NCBI GenBank assembly: GCA_038128265.1
Contig: JAYPJE010000055.1
Span: 1-20,663, forward strand
Source of the DNA: Gemmatimonadota bacterium
Lineage (GTDB): Bacteria; Latescibacterota; UBA2968; UBA8231
DNA: 20,663 bases
Reading direction: 5' to 3'
Position numbers and translations under genes: made by a program. Position 1 is the stretch's first letter. Each line of letters starts with the position of its first letter. The notes beneath the pieces are model-generated. The model saw only the letters and a program-made list of their open reading frames with translations, had not been told where the DNA came from and ran no database searches. Of the stretch, positions 15,640-20,663 are shown in pieces.

Positions 15640-17064
15640 TTAGGCCGTCTCGCTCACTCTGCGCCGCTCTTCCAACTTATTCAAGCCGTTTAGCGCAGCA
15701 ATGCGATACCCCTCGGCGAATGTCGGGTAGTTGAATACCTGGTTGATAAAGTAGTGGACGCGCGCGTGGAAGTCGATGGCCAGCTGGCCGATGTGCACCA
15801 GCTCGGTGGCGTTGCTGCCGATGATGTGCACGGCGAGCACTTCGAGCGTCTCGGCGTGAAAGATCAGCTTGAACATGCCCGTCGTGTCGCCGGCAATGGG
15901 ACCGCGGCCCAGCTCGTAGTAATAAGCCAGTCCGACCTGGAAGTTGACGTCCTGCGCCCGGAGCTCTTCTTCCGTAGGGCCAACGCCCGACACCTCGGGA
16001 ATGGTGTAGATGCCGTAGGGAAAAAACTCGGGAAATTGGTGCGTCTTGAGGGCAAAGGCGTTGCGCACGGCCAGACGCCCCTCTTCCATAGCCGTCGAAG
16101 CGAGTGAGACTTGGCCAATGACATCGCCAGCGGCATAGACGCGCGGATTGGAGCTTTGAAAGAGCGGATTGACGTCGATATAGCCGCGCGCATCCTGCCA
16201 GACGCCGGCGCGATCTAGCTGCAGGCCTTCGACGTTGGCCATGCGACCGAGCGCGTAAAAAAGGCACTGAGCGCGCAAGGTCTCGCCGCTCTCCACTTCG
16301 ACCTCGGCCTGGCCGTCAGCCGTGCGGCGGATCGCCCGAATCGTTTGCTGCATCTGCAGCTCGACGCCCATCTGCCCGATGTATTCGCCGAAGTGCTGTG
16401 CGATTTCTTTGTCCAGGCGCGGCAGCAGCCGTTCGGCACGGTCAACCATGGTCACCTGCGTGCCCAGCGCGGCAAACATCGTTCCGTATTCGCAGCCGAT
16501 AATGCCACCGCCCAGCACCAGCATGGATTTGGGCAGGTAGTCCAAGTTGAGAATGCTATTTGAGTCGAGAATAACCTTACCGTCAAAGGGGACTTCGGCC
16601 GGGTTGCGCGGCCGCGAGCCGGTGGCAATGAGAAAGCGATCAGCGCAGATAGTTTCTACTGCCGCGCCGGACGCATCGACGACCTCGATGCAGTCTTCGC
16701 TGAGAAAGCGAGCAAAGCCGTGCGCGCATGCTATATCGTTTTTGGCAAACTGACGCGCGATGAGCGCATTCTGATCTTCGATAACTTTCTGTAGGCGAAA
16801 GTTGAGATCGTTAATGGAAATATCGGGTTCTTCCTGCGCACTGCCGTAGTAGGAGCGGTTGCGAAAACCGGTCAGGTCGAGGATCGCTTCGCGCAGGGTT
16901 TTAGAGGGAATGGTACCCTGGTTTAGGCAGGCGCCACCTAGCCGGTCTACCGCGTCGACCACCACCACCCGCTTGCCGAGCTTGGCCGCCTGTATGGCGC
17001 CCTTCTGCCCGGCCGGCCCCGAGCCGAGCACCGCCAGGTCTACTTGCCGCTGTCGCATCGTCAC
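15640..17064 (-). CDS. sthA: Soluble (Si-specific) pyridine nucleotide transhydrogenase
   Basis: GSGPAGQKGA, GGACLNQGTIPSKTLREA (single Cys, no CxxxxC disulfide), GGGIIGCEY, YGIYTIPE and the C-terminal FNYPTFAEGYRIAALNGLN typical of SthA/UdhA. Alternative ATG start at 17058. Confidence 0.92.
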   Translation of the reverse strand: MTMRQRQVDLAVLGSGPAGQKGAIQAAKLGKRVVVVDAVDRLGGACLNQGTIPSKTLREAILDLTGFRNRSYYGSAQEEPDISINDLNFRLQKVIEDQNALIARQFAKNDIACAHGFARFLSEDCIEVVDASGAAVETICADRFLIATGSRPRNPAEVPFDGKVILDSNSILNLDYLPKSMLVLGGGIIGCEYGTMFAALGTQVTMVDRAERLLPRLDKEIAQHFGEYIGQMGVELQMQQTIRAIRRTADGQAEVEVESGETLRAQCLFYALGRMANVEGLQLDRAGVWQDARGYIDVNPLFQSSNPRVYAAGDVIGQVSLASTAMEEGRLAVRNAFALKTHQFPEFFPYGIYTIPEVSGVGPTEEELRAQDVNFQVGLAYYYELGRGPIAGDTTGMFKLIFHAETLEVLAVHIIGSNATELVHIGQLAIDFHARVHYFINQVFNYPTFAEGYRIAALNGLNKLEERRRVSETA

Positions 17065-17090
17065 TGCTTTCTCAGATAGGTCAGACTATG

Positions 17091-17118
17091 AAGATAGGAT
17101 GCAACAGGGAAAGGGCAA
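17091..17118 (-). promoter_or_regulatory. Possible internal sigma70-type promoter for sthA
   Basis: On the minus strand: TTGCCC, 16-nt spacer, TATCTT, inside the 74-nt intergenic gap upstream of sthA. Confidence 0.3.
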
Positions 17119-17138
17119 CGAAGCAGCACAGCGGGCTG

Positions 17139-18035
17139 CTATCCGCGCATCGGAAAACGTAGAAAGCGCTGCGCCGTACCCCCCATGATCGCCGCCCGCT
17201 CGCTCTCGCTTAGCTGCGGCAGCAGTTCGTCGAGCACCGTCGTCAGGGCGCCGTAGCCCGGCTCCCCATATATCCACGGCGCGTCGCTGGCCCACATCAG
17301 CCGATGGGGGCCAAAGTCGCTGTAAAGCGTGCGGTGCCAGCCCATCAAGTCTCTGTAGGGATAGGCTTCTTTGGCGAAGGCATACTGGCCGGAGAGCAGC
17401 ACGGCGACGTTTTCGTAGCGCGCCAAGCGATAGACCGTGTGCTGCGACGGGTTGTACGAAGGCGTTTCGATGCGCGGCCGGCCGTGCTCGTCGATGCGAA
17501 ACTTGCCCTCGCCCGGGCAGATGCCGAGGTGGTTAAAGACCACGCGCACCTGCGGAAAGGCCTCGACTAGATAGGCCGTCAGGTGCGCATCGGCCGCGCG
17601 CAGGTAGAGCCACAGCACGTAGTCGCGCTCGGCGGCATGCTCCCAGATGGGATAGCTTGTAAAGGTGCGCACGTCAACCGGGGCAAAGGGGTCGCGCGGC
17701 CCGCCCAGCGTACCGAGGCGAAAGCCGACAATACCGCCGTCCGCGGCAAGTCGGTCCATATGCGCCCCGGGGTCGGCGCAGTCGGCGGGAATTAGACCAA
17801 TGCCCAAAAAGCGATCGGGATAGGCCTGCAGGCAGTGCTGCAAATAGGCGTGCTCGGCTATCTGAGCACCGCCGATCTGCACCAGCATGGCCTGGTCGAT
17901 GTCGTGCGCCTGCATGCAGTCGAGGAATTTCTCTACCGTCTCTTCGCGCGCGCTGGGGGCCAGGTCCGTCTCTTCGCGTGGAAACTGTTTCGACGCCTTG
18001 GCAAAAACGTGTAGGTGGGCATCGATGCGCACCAT
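17139..18035 (-). CDS. Amidohydrolase_2 family protein (lactonase/decarboxylase-like TIM barrel)
   Basis: IDAHLH (HxH), MLVQ, GFRL, VFNHLG, FGPHRLMWASDAPW, IMGGTAQRF. ATG at 18035 follows SD GGAGGT. Confidence 0.88.
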   Translation of the reverse strand: MVRIDAHLHVFAKASKQFPREETDLAPSAREETVEKFLDCMQAHDIDQAMLVQIGGAQIAEHAYLQHCLQAYPDRFLGIGLIPADCADPGAHMDRLAADGGIVGFRLGTLGGPRDPFAPVDVRTFTSYPIWEHAAERDYVLWLYLRAADAHLTAYLVEAFPQVRVVFNHLGICPGEGKFRIDEHGRPRIETPSYNPSQHTVYRLARYENVAVLLSGQYAFAKEAYPYRDLMGWHRTLYSDFGPHRLMWASDAPWIYGEPGYGALTTVLDELLPQLSESERAAIMGGTAQRFLRFPMRG

Positions 18036-18036
18036 A

Positions 18037-18765
18037 TCAGACCTCCAAGCCAAATAGGGCGCGGCGCTCCGACGTCGTGCACAGCGGCGCGATGGCCTTG
18101 AACTGGTCGGGGCGCACTTTTTCCGGCGTGCGCTTCTCGTAAATCAGAATAATCGACTTGCGCGGAATCGGCGTCTCGTTGTCCATGGCCGTATGCCAGC
18201 CATACGAGTTAAACACAATGGCCGTTCCCGCCTTGCCGGGCAGGCGGCGGTGGCCCGGCATACTCTCGCCCAGCTTGGGCCGCGCATAGGGACCGCTGCC
18301 TGCTCGGTGCGATCCCGGCACAAAGGCAAACTCGCCGCTGCGCTCGCCTACGTCATCTACGTAGATCTGCACTTTGATGTGCAGCGGATTGCTCATCGGC
18401 ACGTCAGGATGCCAGCCCGTATAGCTGACGGGCCACACCGGCACGGTGCGCACCTGCGGCCCCAAAAAGAGCGTTTCGCCCTCCGTAAAATCCTGCAGTA
18501 AACCGTACCAGCTCGGATGATCGACAATGTCGACAAAGATCTCGTCGCGCTCCAACGGCTGGGGAATATCGAAGAACGTCGGCTGCGCCTCACCGCGCGC
18601 CACCCGCTGCAGCCACTCTCCTTTGCACTCGACGACAGCCCGGTCAAAAGCCGCTTGCAGGCGCTGCAGCTGTGCGCCCTGCAGGGCGTTTTCCAAAACG
18701 ATGTACCCCTCTTCTTCCCACTGCACTTTTTGCTCGGGGGTCGGCTCGATGATATCCGCTGACAT
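18037..18765 (-). CDS. Phytanoyl-CoA dioxygenase (PhyH) family Fe(II)/2-oxoglutarate oxygenase
   Basis: WEEEGYIVLENAL, WHPD (HxD), FVPGSH, GKAGTAIVFN..WH (distal His), PRKS (Arg). ATG at 18765 follows SD AAAGGA. Confidence 0.9.
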   Translation of the reverse strand: MSADIIEPTPEQKVQWEEEGYIVLENALQGAQLQRLQAAFDRAVVECKGEWLQRVARGEAQPTFFDIPQPLERDEIFVDIVDHPSWYGLLQDFTEGETLFLGPQVRTVPVWPVSYTGWHPDVPMSNPLHIKVQIYVDDVGERSGEFAFVPGSHRAGSGPYARPKLGESMPGHRRLPGKAGTAIVFNSYGWHTAMDNETPIPRKSIILIYEKRTPEKVRPDQFKAIAPLCTTSERRALFGLEV

Positions 18766-18778
18766 AGGTTTTCCTTTT

Positions 18779-20245
18779 CTACATATCGTCCAGCGGAAAA
18801 ATGGGCCGCTGGATGCGCGCAAAGGGAAAGGGGCGCAGGTCCAGCGCGGTCAGCCCGGGCCCGTCTGCCTCAATGATGGCACCGGCCAGCGGTGCAAAGG
18901 CCGCGCGAAAGTGCACGGCCGATTTGACGACGAGTACATCCATTTCTTCTGGGACGATGCCACAGGCGCGAAAGACTTCCGGATCGCGCTGCTGCAGGCG
19001 TTCGCTGCAAACGATGATCAAGACGCCGCCTATGTCGAGCACAATACTCGACCCCATATTGGCCCAGGCTCCACGCGTCATAGCCCCCTTATACTGGTAG
19101 CGCCCATCGCTTATGGAGCGAACAAGCCCCTCCGCATTTAGCGGCTGGCCGTGCAGCGCATCCGTTTTTGCGCCCAGGGAAACGGCTATGCGCGCACCCA
19201 CACCAGCCGCTATGCCCTGCGCCACAACCGCGGGATCGTATATGGCCGCAACGGCCGCCTTCTGCGCCCCCTGCGCAATGAGCGCACGAACGATCTCGAC
19301 GCTGTCGTTGGCGCCGCCGCCGCCGGGATTGTCGGCTATGTCGGGTATGACGACCGGCTTCTGCGCACTAGCCAACGCCTGGCGCACCGCTTCTTCTACG
19401 GGACGCGGCTGGTAGACAAACTCGCGGCGGCGTTGCCAAGCCATATCGCGCAACGCGACCGCCTCCTGCGCTGCGGATGACTCGTCGCCATCGGCATAGA
19501 CCAGTACGGCAAAGCCGAGTTCGGGCACATCGGCGTAGGGAAATCCGGCAAAGAGCGATGTGGAAATAAGCGAAGAAGGCCGATCGGAGCGCAGCGCGAC
19601 CTCCCACATTTCCCTGTAGAGGCCTGCTTCCGTATGGCAGGTAGCACAGGGCGGAATCAGCGGCGGCTTTTCCAGCGCCCATACGGGGCGCACGTGACCG
19701 GTGGCCAAACGCACTATGAGTTGGGCCGCCTCGACGCCGCGCTCGTAGATGTCCGTATGCGGGTATTTCTGATAGCCGATTAGCACGGTGGCGCTAGCGA
19801 GCATTTGTTGCGTGAGGTGCGAGTGTAGGTCGAGCGTCGCGACAATGGGCAGGTCGTCGCCAACGACCGCGCGCAGGCGCGCCAGCAGTTCGCCCTCGCC
19901 GTCGTCCATGCCCTCAACGACCATGGCCCCGTGTAGCGCCAGGAGAATCCCGTCGATATCGCGATGGCGGCGCGCGCCCTCGACGATATGACCTGCGATG
20001 TCTTCAAATGCCGCGCTCGTCACCAGACCCGAAGGGGTCGCCGCGGCAGCGATGGTCGGCACGAACGCATCGCCGCGCTCTTCTATCGCATCAATGAATC
20101 CACCCATGCCCGTACCCGTGCTGCGCGTAGCGTGCACTGCATCGTCGCCAACGGCATAGGTATGCGCCCTGAATGCCTCCAGGCCTGTAGACACGGAAGA
20201 AAATGTGTTGGTCTCGTGCGAGAACCCGCCGATAAGCCACTTCAT
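18779..20245 (-). CDS. MlrC / M81 family metallopeptidase (or deacylase)
   Basis: HETNTFS, LALHGAM, DGEG, LDLH, YPHTD, GFPYADVP, DIADNPGGG, VVKSAVHFRAAF, RPIFPLD. Confidence 0.92.
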   Translation of the reverse strand: MKWLIGGFSHETNTFSSVSTGLEAFRAHTYAVGDDAVHATRSTGTGMGGFIDAIEERGDAFVPTIAAAATPSGLVTSAAFEDIAGHIVEGARRHRDIDGILLALHGAMVVEGMDDGEGELLARLRAVVGDDLPIVATLDLHSHLTQQMLASATVLIGYQKYPHTDIYERGVEAAQLIVRLATGHVRPVWALEKPPLIPPCATCHTEAGLYREMWEVALRSDRPSSLISTSLFAGFPYADVPELGFAVLVYADGDESSAAQEAVALRDMAWQRRREFVYQPRPVEEAVRQALASAQKPVVIPDIADNPGGGGANDSVEIVRALIAQGAQKAAVAAIYDPAVVAQGIAAGVGARIAVSLGAKTDALHGQPLNAEGLVRSISDGRYQYKGAMTRGAWANMGSSIVLDIGGVLIIVCSERLQQRDPEVFRACGIVPEEMDVLVVKSAVHFRAAFAPLAGAIIEADGPGLTALDLRPFPFARIQRPIFPLDDM

Positions 20246-20258
20246 GAATTTGTACCCC

Positions 20259-20663
20259 CTAGTCCGCTACCGCGGCGTGGCGCGGTTCGGACGCACAGGC
20301 GTGGGTTTCGATCGTCACGTGAGCCAAGGCCGCGCTTTGGGCCAGACGCGTGCGGTATTCATCCGCCGTGAGCGGCTTGTCTGCAACAATAGATACAATC
20401 GCCGCGTAGATACCCGGACCGATCGACCAAAGGTGCAGATCGGCAATCTGCGCATCGTCGCCTTCCTTCTCAATCTGCTCCCTAATGGCAGCGCGCATGG
20501 CCTCTGGTCCCTGCTTATCCAATAGCACGCTGCTGGTAGAGCCCAGCAGGCCCAACGACCAGCGCGCGACCATAAGTGCACCGACAATGCCCATTAACGG
20601 ATCCATCCAGATCAGTCCGAAATACTTAGCCGTGAGTAGTGCAAAGATCGCCGTGAAGGACGT
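20259..20663 (-). CDS. dmeF: C-terminal part of a cation diffusion facilitator (Co/Ni efflux DmeF-like); 5' end lies beyond the window
   Basis: Frame is open to the window edge: TSFTAIFALLTAKYFGLIWMDPLMGIVGALMVARWS...LLD...IADLHLWSIGPG...LAHVTIE. Confidence 0.8.
   Translation of the reverse strand, partial: TSFTAIFALLTAKYFGLIWMDPLMGIVGALMVARWSLGLLGSTSSVLLDKQGPEAMRAAIREQIEKEGDDAQIADLHLWSIGPGIYAAIVSIVADKPLTADEYRTRLAQSAALAHVTIETHACASEPRHAAVAD

Noticed and set aside
15640..17064. Dihydrolipoamide dehydrogenase or mercuric reductase call
   Set aside because: The redox CxxxxC pair and the HPTxxE motif are absent; the protein has YPT and the SthA-type C-terminus.
18779..20245. Microcystin degradation (mlr) cluster
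   Set aside because: MlrC-like M81 proteins are widespread, and no mlrA or mlrB homolog is visible in the window.
1..20663. CRISPR array, tRNA/rRNA, IS/integrase, prophage or defence-system genes
   Set aside because: Intergenic gaps are all short (about 200 nt or less) with no spaced direct repeats or cloverleaf that I could see. No ORF has transposase, integrase, nuclease or phage motifs.

Overview
A GC-rich, gene-dense bacterial chromosomal window with about 19 CDS (two cut by the window edges). I see no rRNA, tRNA, CRISPR array or mobile element. The FlgD-like/'T9SS type A' C-terminal domain (QNYPNPFN...WDG...SGAYLYRL), an OPT-like DUF6785-type membrane protein and many Gfo/Idh/MocA, PhyH, enolase-family, AKR and amidohydrolase genes suggest an uncultured heterotroph such as Ca. 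Latescibacterota or a similar lineage; this is inference only. Layout: (+) FG-GAP protein end, uronate-dehydrogenase-like SDR, secreted hypothetical protein, M42 aminopeptidase, OPT-like transporter, ABC-F ATPase, D-2-hydroxyacid dehydrogenase, aldo-keto reductase; (-) mandelate racemase-family enzyme; (+) a split 'long RluA' (stand-alone Cys-containing N-terminal domain, then the pseudouridine synthase core); (-) trmO; a convergent Gfo/Idh/MocA pair; and a (-) run dmeF-like CDF, MlrC/M81 peptidase, PhyH dioxygenase, amidohydrolase, sthA, Gfo. The most notable signal is the split RluA locus: the two parts overlap at TAGTG with their own SD, yet correctly phased -1 slippery heptamers (G GGT TTT / T TTT TTA) lie just upstream and would lead into the RluA frame. 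All family calls come from motif recognition, not database searches.
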